Assembly (NCBI GenBank): GCA_024704765.1
Contig: JAKMXF010000009.1
Span: 45,803-109,802, forward strand
Direction of reading: 5' to 3'
DNA length: 64,000 nt
Source: Oopsacas minuta
Taxonomy: Eukaryota; Animalia; Porifera
Shown here: positions 37,684 to 51,250 of the stretch, piece after piece
Layout: every line of letters starts with the position of its first letter
How positions within the stretch are numbered: position 1 is the first letter of the stretch
Translations under genes and position numbers: made by a program
Notes under the pieces: model-generated
Databases searched by the model: none
Seen by the model: only the letters and a program-made list of their open reading frames with translations
Told to the model about the DNA's origin: nothing

Positions 37684-38925
37684 AGTTAGGTTCGTTTCCT
37701 AGTCAGTCAGATCTTAGCAAAGCTGCTCCTACCTTCCAAATACTCTTACATTCTATCGTGATACTAACATTGATACAAAACCTTACGCTTTTAGTACAAA
37801 TTGTAATAGTTTGTAGATCGTAATTTTGTATATTTAATACTTCTCTCTTCATATTGACAGAAATAATTGTAGCTAAGTATATGTAACTTATTAGCAAGCG
37901 AATTACTATCTTTAGTGATTCAATTCAATCATCATTAATCAATATGTTTATTTAATGACAACCTCTAGCAAAAATATTCCAGGAATTTTTAACTGCTAAA
38001 CTGAAGGATATGGATTTCCACAAATTATATTGAAATTTCAAAAGTACGATCCGCTTCGCTTGCTCGCGCTGCGCGGCTTGCGAACAGTATGTGTTTGCAT
38101 GTAATTCGGCATTTCGTGCCTCGAATTCTTCATAAGAACAACTATTATTTACTCATGAGTATCTTGAAAGTTCGAAATTCGGAATCATGAAAAATAAATA
38201 AATAATTCAGCGTGTCTTTACAGCTCAATTATAGTTTAAATTTATTGTTTAGATCATTCATAGGAATGTTAGAATGGAAATTTATTCAATATTTCTCTAT
38301 TTGTTCTAATTACTAACCCCTTGTTGTAAATGATTTTCCAAATGGAAGTATTTCTACTCGATTACTGCTGGATTCATCTTTCTTTAGTTCCAATTCTAAG
38401 TTCTATTATACATGAGGATAAATCCAAGAACATTACGGATGCTCTATGATTGTTAAGTTTCATAATAACAGAAAATTTAATATTTGTGAATTCTGGCCGT
38501 GCCTAACAATTAATCCCACAAGCTAGTTACTCCCATAGTGTTTAAAAGCATATCTGTGTTAATAAAGTTTAATAGAGTATCAATTTTTGCAAATATAGCA
38601 ATTAATATTATTCCTAATAATCACGAACGTAAATATTCGCTTGTTTATAGTATAGGCTCTTCTAATGTGTATATAACCTATCTATCTCAAATTTATGATC
38701 AAATTAAAATTTTTCTTCTCATGATAGTTATAATTATTCATTATACCTCATTTCAAATCAATAGTTACCTGCTTTTACAGTAGTTTATTACATTTAGTGA
38801 CAACTTCCGTATTATATTTCTTAATAAACGGAATATACAATATTTTAAATTTAATATATAATTTGTATAATTTACCCAATAAGTAAATATAAATTTATTT
38901 CTGCTACGAATTAGTATAGCCCACC

Positions 38926-41900
38926 ATGTCTTCACTTTCCTACCAAAGCTCTCACGAAGGATCAGCTCATAATCTCGTCTCCTATGCCAGCCAAGAACAC
39001 TTAGTGCATCACTCAGGTCTACAGGGGCCTATCTCGCACAACCCGATGTCTTCTAGCGTTAGCGTGGATAACATCTCGTGGGGGAATGGTAACATATCTC
39101 AATTCCACCAGTATGTGGGTCAGCCAAACGTTGTAGTACGACCTAACACTGAGTACACAGGGAGACCTCTAGAAAACACAGGAAGGTTGGTATAGTATAT
39201 TTAATTTATAATATCGTATATTTCATGTTTGTTATTTTCTTTATAGATCTGTGAGTTCAGAAAGTGCGTTCCAGTCACGACGCTCTCCTGGTTCCAGTTG
39301 TTCAGACTATTCTGTATTTTCAAACCCCAATCTGCAATTTGATAGCACTACTCAGCTCTTCAATCTTCCTATGGCTAACTTCAGCACACAAAATACTCTT
39401 AGCTATACATCTGCGCTCAATACAACAGCTATGGTGGAGGCAGACTCCTGTAGCACAACCTCACCTCTCAAAAGCAGCTCTATGCCAGGATTGGACAGAG
39501 CCTCGTTAGCCCCATTCACTCCAGGTCTCCCTCTATCTAGCATACATAAGAGATATGATATTGGTATGTTTTAAGTACTACGATCTTTATCCTTCTCTGT
39601 TTTGGTACGAATATTACTATCAATTCAATAATTGTGACAAAAACGATATGATTTGATGACATAGCAATATACTTGTATATACACACTTCGTTAATGCAAA
39701 GATAATTACTGATAATTATAGTACAATATTTTAGAGTAATTATCCTTAATTGCTCCCATCATAGTATCGAATTATCATAGTATCAATAAATAACAGAATT
39801 GTTCCTGATTATAATTCCAATTAGTTGAATTATATGCAATTATTCTCAATACTACTCATACGCGTCTAATGTAATGTATTGTTGGGGTACCATGTTCCAC
39901 AAATATATCTATTGGGTGTTCAGTACCAGACTTAACTGTAAAAACAGTTAACTCCCATTATATTGAACACGGATACATCAAAATTCCCGTTTATTTCGAA
40001 GTCTGAAATTGTACGAATATGAATATGATACCAAACCGTAAAAGTAACAAAAAAATCTCTTCGGTTATTACGAACTCCACTTTCATCGAAGAAATTATCG
40101 CTGACCCTTCAGCTTCGATGTAACGGGAGTTGATTGTAATTATTTGTTAATTGACCTATCCTATTATTCGTGTGTATGGCAGTCGTTTTCACCTGCTATT
40201 CGCTTGCTAGGCAATTTTAATAGCGTCGAAGAATTTCCAATGAGAGAGATTATTGCCAGTACAAATCTGGTGACGTCTGGTTCGCAATTTGGTTTCAAGG
40301 CAAGGGCAAGTAAATCTTGTAAAAGAATAGATTATACAAAAAACTCTCGTTAGAACGAAGTTCTCATGCTCGCAACCCCGATTTCATTTTATTCTAAGCG
40401 GAGTAAAATCGAGTACTTTCAAACTATAGAGTGGGTAAAGATTCACTTCGCTATAATGAGAGTTTCATTATACCCGACTTAGTTATAAAGGAGTTTTCTG
40501 TCTTTCATAATTTCTAAAAATTCATTTTTCACAATTCTATTCAATATATGTAACAGAGTATGTAGCAATAGCTTATTTCTATACAGCTGCCTACAAGCAT
40601 TACAGGTAGTTAACAACCACATAACTTTACTGGGTTGCTATGTAGTTGGCGTTTCATATAATTCTTATTTTGTCTCACCTAATAAATTTGTGTATTTACC
40701 CACAATTACATCCCCATTGAACTCAGCTGTTTCACCTGCTGTATTGTTACTACAGCAAGCCAGACTTACATATTACATAAGCTATTGTCTCTGGCATCTT
40801 TATATTTAATATTATATTTGTAGCTGAGGAGGAAAATGACGTAGGACCTCCTATAGGAGTTTTACAAGGGAGTCCTGGGCATGCCAACAGTCCCTCTGAC
40901 GTGTACACACATGATTCTACCCCTCTCCCTCAGCGACGCGCATTCTCTAACTCTTTAGTTAAAGACTCTCTAATTCAATACCGGAATCTCCAAGGAAGTC
41001 CCTTCATGGGAGCTAACGGTCAGCTGCTAGACAACAGAATGACGACACTCACTATAGAAGACAGGAACATGTATGGACTAGGGAAAGCTCCTCCTGTGCT
41101 AGCAGAAGTAGATGAAGATACACAGCTGGTTAGTTAGTTTATTTCCTTATGAAATAATATGACTTTATTAATTCACCTAAGAAATCCATATAATAGTACT
41201 AATTATAATTGAAAAATTCACAATGGTGTAAATATTTAGTTTTTCGTAAGAATTAAATAATTCAAAATTCTAATTTTCAATCAGAAATCAAAGTTTCGCT
41301 AAATTACAGCAAATATCTGCTATTACATTTGTAATGTATAGAATAGCGAGTATTGTACTAATTAATTAATTCACTAGTTTATATAGAAAATTTATCTTAA
41401 TCTATAATCACCGAAATCATACAAGTCACAGAGTTATGAATCGCGAGTGATTTGGGTCACAATATTATCACGGGTCATGAATACCTCGAGGGCTAGTATG
41501 ATAATTTTTTCGCGATACACAGGAATCTGAGACTTATTTCATAACCTCCATTATAATGCAATTTCAATTCGGATAAGACGTGGATTCGGAAAGTACATAC
41601 TATTTTGTTTCCCGAAGGGGTAGGTCTTATCCGAGTTCTATATGTATCTGTATATACCTGTAGTTATACTCGTCTCAACAGCCATCCTGTAACGACCCAG
41701 ATAACCACACTTCTCTCAAATCAGGAGAGCGTCCCCAAAAGAAGCGGAAACATGGAACATTCTTCAGCTCCTCTATGTCTAAGTCTACTCCCAATCTTGG
41801 AAAACGGGGTGAGAAAGGGGACCACAAAAAGAATTCACTGTCAGGATCGTGCGCCTCAGGAAATCAGAAGAAGAAATCTTTATTTGAGAAAAGCAAACTG

Positions 41901-44900
41901 GACTCGCATCATAATAACGATACCCGACCAGTAGATGCTATAACCGACATGTATACGTATACTCCTGCATACATGAATGTGTATCCTGAATCTCCTGCTA
42001 TTTGTAGTATGGGAATGACTATGTCTAACAGCTATGGAGGACTCAGCGAGATAAGTCCTTCCAGCAACAAGTTAGTTAACTATATTTATACTATTATTAT
42101 TATTAATTCGATCCAAATAGAATTCTATAGGATTAAGTAAACTTAAATAATTACAGTAGAACTCGGACACGACGGAATTCTTTATTTCAAACAAAATATT
42201 TAGTTTCCATTCATTTTAATACAATAGTATCTATTTGAATAAGACGTACACCCAGATAGTACTGTTGTAGGACATTTTGATGCTCGACGATTGAACCGCG
42301 AAGCGCTTTCTCAAGCCTTCATATATTGATCGAAAATTTGTCATGAGTAATTGCTGGAAAATCTTCATTCTTCAGTACAAGTCTCAAATAGGCTTGAAAC
42401 TTGAGACACCGCTTTTCGCGTTTAATAATTAGGGATGTGAGGGGGATTCCTACAGTAGACTTCGTTAATCTGAACTTCGCTAGTTCGTTGTCCAATTTAT
42501 TACCATTGGATATTTATATTTTGAAACAAGAGTCAAATACTTTACCTGCTTGTGATATTATTTCTAGTTAAGTCATAAATTAGAGTCATTAGATATACAA
42601 GTAGGGTTGTGACTGATAGGTAAATCTGATTTGTATTGTTTTCCAGTATACATGTATTACTTCACTAATCCGAACAATTTTATATTGGAATTATAAGTGA
42701 TTACTTATAGGAAATTCACAATCAATGAAATTAACACGATTTGGAGCAAAATATTAAGTATTTTCAGGTGAATGGCGCTGTAGAGGGGAAGAACATTTGC
42801 ATTCATGAAATTTACGCTAATATACAGTCAACGGACAAAAGTATTCGACCACATGTTATACATTTGAATATTATATCATGGAATTTGAGCGTCTTTCAAT
42901 CCATTACTACAAATTCTAATTCTAATATTACTATAATGAACTAAATCATAATGGAAATAAGCATGTCACTAATATTTGGTCGCATTTCCTTTAGCCTTTT
43001 TCACCTCTTTAAGTCGTACTGGAATGCTGGCATATAGCCTCTGGAGGATATCTATTGGAATTTTCCCCCATTCTTCTCTTATAGCCACTCGGAGTTCCTG
43101 AAGAGTATTTATCTTCTGCTCGTGTTTTTCTCTTACAGCGGTAAATAGTAACGCCCACAAGTTTTCTATAGGGTTTAGGTCGGGAGATTGGGGGTGGCCA
43201 ATCTAGAATAGACACTTTCTTGCTCCCAAACCATGACAGCACCTTTTTCGACTTGTGGCACGGTGCATTGTCTTGCATAAACTTTGCTTGTGGCTTTCTT
43301 CTCCTGAAATTTCTCCAGAATGTTTGTAGGAACGGTGCTAAAATATTTGAAATATATTTAGATGAATCTAATTTGGTACTTACTTCTATCAGTGGCCCCA
43401 ATGTGTTATTTGATATGCAACCCCAAAACATGACGGACCCACCGCCACTATGTACAGTTTTAGAAGTACACGAATTGTCAAACCTTTCTCCAGGCTGTCT
43501 CCAGACTCGGACTCGTCCGTCGTTATATACGAGGTTAAACTTTGACTCGTCCGAGAATATGACATTATGCCAATCAACACAAGACCAATCTTTATACTTA
43601 TAATAAAATCCCAACCTTTTTTCTGATTTTTCTTGGAGATCATTGGCTTCCTACAGGCCTTACGTGCATGAAATCCCAGGCTGTGAAGCGTACGAGCCAC
43701 TGTTTTTGATGAAACTTCATCATCTTTTCCTGAGTTGAATAAGTTCGTTAGAGATTCCGATGTTTTAGTTCTATTCGATTTCACAATATTCTTCAATTGA
43801 CGCGTACCATGTGCTGTGATCTTCTTTGGGCGTCCGGTCCTCGGTACATTTTGAATGTCTCTTTTACACTCCCACTTATTGCGGAGCGAGATGATCGTAG
43901 AGTGTGATAGAGAATACATACGAGCTATTTCTCTAACTCCATGTTTATTTCCATTCAATAAACCAATTATTTGGTTTCGAATATCAATAGGAACTTCACT
44001 AGTCTTGGTCATTGATTAATATAAATTGAATCTAACCATAAATATAGAGGATAATATACTAATGAATCATCAGCCAAGGATATATACATAGTTGAATATT
44101 GAATATATTTCGGTAAAGCTCTACTAGTGTTGATATTATTACCTTAGGTATACTCTACATGGTCCAATAAAAATACGCGTTAAACTATTGTGAAATGGTC
44201 GAATACTTTTGTCCGTTGACTGTATATTTGAAAAATATTTTTCTTAACCTAATTAATTATTGAATATTATTCTTCAAAATTTTAAATCTTATATACTTAG
44301 TTCTTCTAAACCAAAATAAATATACGTAAATGGCATGAATTTAAGTTATGGGAATTAACACTCAAGAAATTTAATGCGATTTGGAAAAAATCGCGTGAAT
44401 TTCCTTTAATAAGTATTTTCTATCTGGAATAGCTATTCAGATTACCGAAGGTCTACTTTAGTATCCATTAACATCAATCAGTTATCTTTATACAGTAATA
44501 TGTGTTCTCATCAGTATACATATTACAAAACATTCTTAATTATTTATTCACTTTTTCAGTTCATGTTCTGAGGTGGGGAACAACGGTTCTGGTAATGATT
44601 CGACTCTGAAAGGTTTCAACAGGACTCCCAGCCATCCTGCTACCATAGCAACTGCTGGTATGTCTGGGTATGATCCAGCATACATGATGTCAACCTATCC
44701 TCTCTCAGATCTCAAGCCAGATCCTGACGAGTTGGAGCAGGGGATCCCTCAGATGGAGCTGGAAGCTAGTTTGAGTGGTATTGACAATTCTGGCTCTGCT
44801 ACACTCACTCGGGAACCTAACTACGACTATCAGGTAATACACGGAGGTGTATATAGGATGGCTACGTTTAGTCATATGACCACAGGTTGAGAAACCCTGA

Positions 44901-46286
44901 TTTAGTTGGTTAATATATCAAAAATACACAGGTTCGTATGGACCAATACTCCAATAGCTTATGAAGGTAGACATTAGAACCATTCAGATTGTAACTATAC
45001 AGCTGTAATATCGTGACAACTATACTACTGTATCTTACTGTTACTTAATTAATTAATTCTCTAATAAATAGGCTCTGAAGTGGTCAGTGTTTGCTCCAGA
45101 GACATTCTCTATCTTGTACGGAGAGAATGAGACAGATATAGCAGATATTACAGAGTTCAAAGTTGTAGCTGACAAAGGTTTCCACTTCTCCTTCACAGAC
45201 GAAGCATTCATTTGTCAAAAGAAGAATCATTTCCAAGTATCCGTTACTATGTGTTTTGATAAGAAACCCCGATACATCCAGGCAGAAGCTGGCAGACCGT
45301 TAGAGAAGATTAGCAAGTTCTCTCTCCATCTCTATGGCATGAGACTGGAGAGTATGAGCACTCAGGTCACGTTAGACAAGTCCCAGCCTGACAGAAGCAA
45401 GATCCCATTCGACCCAGTTGAGATTGATCCTCCCTACCAGAAGTCCAAGAAGATAACCATAGGCAAATTGCACTTCAGCGAGACAACAGCTAACAATATG
45501 AGGAAGAAAGGCAAGCCTAACCCTGATCAGAGATTCTTCTGTTTGTTCGTATCTCTCCGCGTGTTAACAGAGAATCACAACCACTACACAGCAGTAGTAC
45601 ACAAATCTGATAAGATAATTGTCCGTGCTTCTAACCCCAGTCAGTTTGAGAATGATATTGACTATATGTGGACTCGTTGTAACAGTCCAGACGCTATCTA
45701 TCATTCAGGCCGTGTAGGCGTAAACACTGATCACCCAGACGAAGCTCTTGTAGTGTACGGTAACCTCAAATTGAGTGGACAACTCTTGAAGCCTTCAGAC
45801 AGACGATATAAGGAATTGTTCCGAACTGTAAAGAGTGAGGAACAACTCGAGAGTGTGAGTAAACTCAAAATATACGATTACAAGTATACAAAGCAGTATA
45901 GAGAGAAACACGGTATGAATGAGGATATCTGTGAGAGAGGATTCATAGCTCAAGAAGTTAAAGATATTCTGCCTTCTGCTGTACACGAAATCACTGAGGA
46001 TAAAGACACTACTAGCCCTTACCTTGCTATTAATAAAGATTATTTATATATTGAAACTGTGGGAGCAGTTCAGGAGTTAAATAGAAAGACCAAACATTTT
46101 CAAAAGAGACTCGAACAGATTGAGGACTCTTACATAAGTCCTAAGCGACGATCTCTTTCTTCTAAACTTGCCGTATCCTGTTTCGCCTCTTCTGGCTTTC
46201 GCTATATTTTAATCTCTTTAATTTTTGTACAGTTACTTTTACAAGTTTTTACATTTTTCATCTTTTTCAAGAATGGCATTTCTTGA
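38926..46286 (+). CDS. MYRF: Myelin regulatory factor; exons 38926-39185, 39247-39563, 40824-41128, 41664-42070, 44560-44833, 45072-46286 (about 925 aa)
   Basis: NDT80-like DNA-binding domain (ADKGFHFS, QKKNHFQV, KLHFSETTANNMRKKGKPNPDQRFF, IIVRASNPSQF), autocleavage motif PSDRRYK, intramolecular chaperone domain and a TM segment. Splice phases are consistent and the total of 2778 nt is divisible by 3. Confidence 0.94.
39945..40136. mobile_element. pogo/Tigger-like MITE in MYRF intron 2
   Basis: Ends cagttaactccc..tatattgaa / ttcgatgtaacgggagttgattg, similar to 32939-33102. Confidence 0.55.
42825..44222 (-). mobile_element. Near-intact Tc1 (DD34E) transposon in MYRF intron 4, 1398 bp
   Basis: Perfect 27-bp TIR cagtcaacggacaaaagtattcgacca with TA TSDs. 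HTH, GRP, FSDESKF and QDNAPCH...PDLNPIEN (34-residue spacing). Two single-base frameshifts in homopolymer runs. Confidence 0.95.
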
Positions 46287-46910
46287 ATTTTCCTTTTATA
46301 CTTTTACTTAGTACCATCGCATGCTCCGCTTCAGTTGCTGTGCTACTTTGTACCTTGCTGTTTTAATTAACTGCTCCCCAGCATGGCTATTACTCAGTGC
46401 GAGACTTTGTTTTATTTATTATTGAATTATATATAATCTTGATAAACTGACTATTGATTTGTTCTGGAAATGTACACTGTATAAATGGTATACTTACTAC
46501 GTCACGAATTATTTTAATTTTGTTGTAATTTCATTTGAATTTTGTATATTCTGTTTAATCTTAGGTAACTGGGCGATTTCACATAGTTTTAGTACTCATT
46601 GAGAATTTTAATGACAACTTACACAGCTACATACCTAATCTAAATACAGTCGAACCTCCGAGATACGGGCACCATTTTCTAAATATTTGAAATTTATTTG
46701 AATATTTTCAGCTAATTTCCATAGCGTACAAGTCACTGTGCCACAGTAAATTAATTTCGCTATAGGCAGACGACAAAACTACGAAACTAGCTGAAGGGTC
46801 AAGTTGTCATAAATAACACGACCAGCATGAGAAACTGTTTGTTTAATTTAGGAACAAATATTAACATTAATAACACGAGTTAGTATCTAATTTACTGTTA
46901 ATGCTTATAA

Positions 46911-48202
46911 CATTTCATAGATACTGCCTATCAAAATGGAAAATGTGTTGGGAATTAAACCTGCCTTTTCCTTTTCCTGTGACAACTCAGCTCCGAAAAC
47001 GTTGTCCTACAGTCACATGACAATATCACAGCTGCATGACACTGTTTATATAGGATATCCTCAGATAAAGTCAATACTAGCCTTTGATTTACAAGGAAAC
47101 TATCTCTACTCTATCAAAATTAACATTCCTCAGTTTATAATTGGTAAATTTTGTCCGATGTCAGAGAATGTTTTGGTAATTTGTAATGCTATGCCTTCAG
47201 CCAGCATATACCTCATCACTACAGATGGTGTAGTTATAACTGAATTCCCCACCCCACTGAATCATAGAATAATAGATTGTATTTCCTCTGAGAAGTACAA
47301 CATTTTCTACATTCTAACCTTTCATTCAGGATATTCATTCGGGAAGGAAGGGATGCTCAAACTGGATACAATATTTGTTACAAACTTTGTTAGAAGAAGG
47401 CTTAAAGCTATTAGTATAATAGACGATGATATGAATATGATTATTAGATACCGTCAAGATGGAACACTGTACATATACAATACAAGAGAAGATGTACTTC
47501 GGCCATTACCTATTAAGATCCTTAGTTTTAGTAAAGTTTTTGTGTTCGATGGTTATGTTATTTGTCCTGACATGCGTCGTCATAGGAATAAGATAGCTAT
47601 ATGTCAGTTTTGTCCTCATAACTCCAGTAATGTATCATATGTCATGGATATAGGTAAATACGATACAATACACTCAAAATTGAGTGCTAAAACTTCCATT
47701 ATACATGTTTCATCTCGTAAGCTGTATCTTGGAAATAGAGAGAATAATATTACTGTATACAACCTGGACGATCTGTTAGAAAAGTATCACAGAATGCAAA
47801 ATGAAATTTCAAAAGATACGCATCTTTATCAAGAAGAGGTTGATGATGATTCGAATTATTACGATCTGTTTGTGTAATTTTCTGTATTTTGTAATTATAG
47901 TAGAGATTATTTATAACGATGAAGAGAAGAAATATATCTTATTTGTATTTGTGAATCTATATTTTGACATTATTAACTTTGGTTCGATTGGTTTGTGATA
48001 GAATTTCTCTCAATAAGGACTTTGTTAGTATTCTACCCTTGCCCTAGAGATAGATCGGAGTGTGCGGACACATGTTATAGTTCAATTTATACCTCGCCTT
48101 ATTAATGATTGGCGAAACCAAATATACTTATTTATTCACTCAATCAATTATCTGTTTAGGTCAATCAATATCCAATCACATATAAATATAATATTATACA
48201 AA
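46911..48202 (+). repeat. Segmental duplication, copy 2
   Basis: Reverse complement of 18581-19863. Confidence 0.95.
46936..47877 (+). CDS. Orphan 313-aa protein, probable degenerate beta-propeller (copy 2)
   Basis: Intact ORF; differs from copy 1 at about 9 residues. Confidence 0.65.
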   Translation: MENVLGIKPAFSFSCDNSAPKTLSYSHMTISQLHDTVYIGYPQIKSILAFDLQGNYLYSIKINIPQFIIGKFCPMSENVLVICNAMPSASIYLITTDGVVITEFPTPLNHRIIDCISSEKYNIFYILTFHSGYSFGKEGMLKLDTIFVTNFVRRRLKAISIIDDDMNMIIRYRQDGTLYIYNTREDVLRPLPIKILSFSKVFVFDGYVICPDMRRHRNKIAICQFCPHNSSNVSYVMDIGKYDTIHSKLSAKTSIIHVSSRKLYLGNRENNITVYNLDDLLEKYHRMQNEISKDTHLYQEEVDDDSNYYDLFV

Positions 48203-48329
48203 TAACATCTATAAATTATACATTGAGCATGATTCACAACCTCTCCCACGTGGTGCTGAAGCAATTCCTAAAGAATAAGAAAACTGCTTATTGCTGCTCA
48301 TGAAGCAGACATTAGCTATCAGAAATGAG

Positions 48330-48600
48330 TGAACTCTATGGTATAAAGAAAGACACAGCTTATCGCATATATAGTTTAAGAAAATATGATTCGAAGCTAG
48401 GAGGTGGTTCAAAATCAAGAATTCTTGGGAAGATTCGATGCAATTTTTAATCAAAAATATTGAGCAAACAGCCAGGTGTTACACTATCTGAAATGCAACG
48501 TATTTTGATAGTTCATGAAGGCATCAATGCGTCCATTAGCACAATTCCTAGATATATTAAAGGTCGCAATGTATATACACTACAGAACTTCCATTGAAAT
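48330..48600 (+). mobile_element. IS630/Tc1-like transposase N-terminal remnant
   Basis: Fragmented frames reading TAYRI..LGGGSKSRIL and PGVTLSEMQRIL..GINASISTI, resembling a HTH region. Confidence 0.4.
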
Positions 48601-49288
48601 TAAGGAAGAAAGGTGGAATCATTGAGTGAGAAATACAGTAGTATGTTTATTTCAGAATTATATCACACACAAATTAATACTCATTCAAATACACTTATAT
48701 ACGTATATACAAATATTTACATCAAATTCTTACTAATAATTGTAATAATTATAAGAGCAGTATTAATGTATTAACAATAGTAGTATATGCTGAGATATGT
48801 GTAGGTAGCTTCAGACAATCATCTGACAATACTCGTTGATGAGTTGGTAGCAGGAAAGGTAATGCTCCTAGATGAATATAAAGAAAGTTAAAAGGCAATA
48901 TAATCATTATACATATATTTGCATTCGGAATTAAACGATTGGGCCAATATGTTACATCAGTAGTTAGTATAGCAGACGTAAATATCATACTTTAACGAAT
49001 CTCCTACGTACTCATAGAATTATTGGTTGAGATTAACAAATTTGAAGGTACGTAAGCGGGATATTTATTAAAATGTGATTCTATACGAGCATTTATGGCA
49101 TAGCGTCATCTGTCATGGTTAGGTAAATACATGGTATTTTAGCGTACATTTCCCTAATACAGTAGACTTGGTTGTTAGTCGTAATTATTACACTCGGAAT
49201 ACTCGGATAGTACGTACTAATATGTGTTTCCCGAGTCGTACGTCTTATCCTAGTTCCAATGTAAATCGAATAAATGTTAGTAACTCAC

Positions 49289-50930
49289 CAGGGTAGGAAC
49301 CATATTCTTCCTGTAGTTCATGAGTTGTTTCACAGACTGGAACACATCAATAGATTGAGAGCTCTGCATTCCTCTTATAGTGGTTGTTATAGCTGATGTT
49401 AATGGCAGAGTTGTTGTTGGTAGCAGAGAAACTCTAATGCTATGTTCCCAGTATTCTTATAATTTGTGTATTCACTGGTAGAACAGTAATAATATCCTGA
49501 ATTGGTAGGCAGACTTGTGGGTAAGATCAATTTAAGAATCCCTTGTGATTGGTAAGATCTGTCATATCATTCACTAGCTCTCCTACTCCTTCATTAACTC
49601 CTCCTCTGAAATACCAAGCTGTGTCTTGTATCCCCCTGCTGGAAACGCACACTACAGTTGTATCTACTGTTAGTGTAACTTCTCCATCCTCTGTTAGTTT
49701 TGTGTATGTATTGTTTTGTTGTAGCCATATTCCACTGCCTATTGAGTTAAAATATTTAAGAAGGATTGTTGATTAACTTCCCTTAATCTCATATTTTAAT
49801 AATTGAATAATTAAATACTTACTAATTGAACGCAATATGACTTTATGAACGATACGTCTAGTAGTATTGTAAATAGTCGTACAATAAAATGAATTCGCCA
49901 TAGTATACAGATCTAGCGTTAGAGGATCTTGTCGAATTTGGGGCTGAGAGTTATCAATATAGTAACCCTATTCTGCAGCCTCAGCATCACAACTCAACTG
50001 TACATTCTCTGTCATTAGTGGTATAAGTATCGGGCTTTCTTCTTCACTACCAATAATGTGAATAGCACCATCTTAACTGACTGTAATTGTTGTGTTATCT
50101 AGAGGGAAGTACTTTCATATTCCTTACTAGTATAATTCTATTTACAAACTAATAAATCTAATCGATCAACACACAGTAGAGTTAAATTTGGGTTGAATAG
50201 GTTTGGCCCAGCTCACTTTGAATTTAAACTGGGGTCTAACCCGCGGGTGGGTTAAATTAGCAACTCTGTCAGCACATATAAATACCTTTTCGGAATTTGC
50301 GGAGGACTTAACTCACATGCTATTCTAACACCAATTACGTTGCTATCCTCAGATGTTTGTTCGTCCGCGTCCAACGTATAATTAGCTCTACAGAAATAGG
50401 AGCTAATTTAATTCCACTTCAAGTCTGGAGCTACATCCTCAAGTAGTAATACATTGCTTTCAGAGTTTATAATCTCATAATGTTAACTCTTATAGTAGCA
50501 AGTAGTACGTAGATATGGAGTTAAACTTGCTGTCAGCTGGACTAACACTACACGTTAATTCAGTAATCAAATTTGTTACCATTTGTGTAGTATATGTAGG
50601 TCAGCCCCTCAGTAAATCCAACAAACTCAAAGACGCTGACGCTGTTGTTACTTCCTGATACATGTCTTAACGAATAAAGGACTGATAAATACAGCAATAC
50701 AATCATTTTAGAAATCAATATATTCATTTAATATAAGTTTCAACTTGTAGCTTATATACTAGTTCACTAACAGCTTTTGCGTTAGTTGTATTCACGTACA
50801 CTCTAATAGAACAGTAACAGGAAAATTTATCTAAAGCTTGGGGTAACCCAGCAATCCCTCTCCTGCTTAAATATCAATATTGAATATTCTGTGACTTTCA
50901 ATTTCCTCTCCAACTCACTGAATTCCTTTT
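49289..50930 (-). pseudogene. Multi-immunoglobulin-domain gene remnant; phase-1 exons 50317-50654, 49823-50098, 49289-49738 plus an upstream fragment
   Basis: Each exon carries Ig-like B-strand Cys and F-strand YxC patterns: LTCSVSP...SYFCRA, VQLSCDA..E*...SFYC, VVCVSS..AWYF...NSGYYYC. Canonical splice sites; several stops and frameshifts. Confidence 0.7.
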
Positions 50931-50967
50931 TGAATAATCTTTCTATTTATATCTTTATACATATCCT

Positions 50968-51250
50968 ATGAGTCAGTCTTGTGTTACAGGACAACCTCGC
51001 CCAATTCCTTCTAGATCCACATCTTGGATATTTCAAGGACATTATTTCGGGCTAATTCATGAAAATTGGGCTGAGAACAAAATAATTTGCAACCTCTGCC
51101 ATCCAATTGAATTACCAGATCAAACCCCAGATAAATTTAACCAGTCAGGTTATAATGGATTAATAGTCAACAGCACTACCGCTGCCATTAACCATCTCAG
51201 GATTAAGCACGCATTAGTAAAGAACTTTTCCTTTCTAAATACAAATCGAC
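50968..51250 (+). mobile_element. BED zinc-finger fragment, probably the N-terminus of a hAT transposase
   Basis: W...YF...KIICNLC...NSTTAAINHLRIKH matches the BED finger pattern. Confidence 0.65.
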
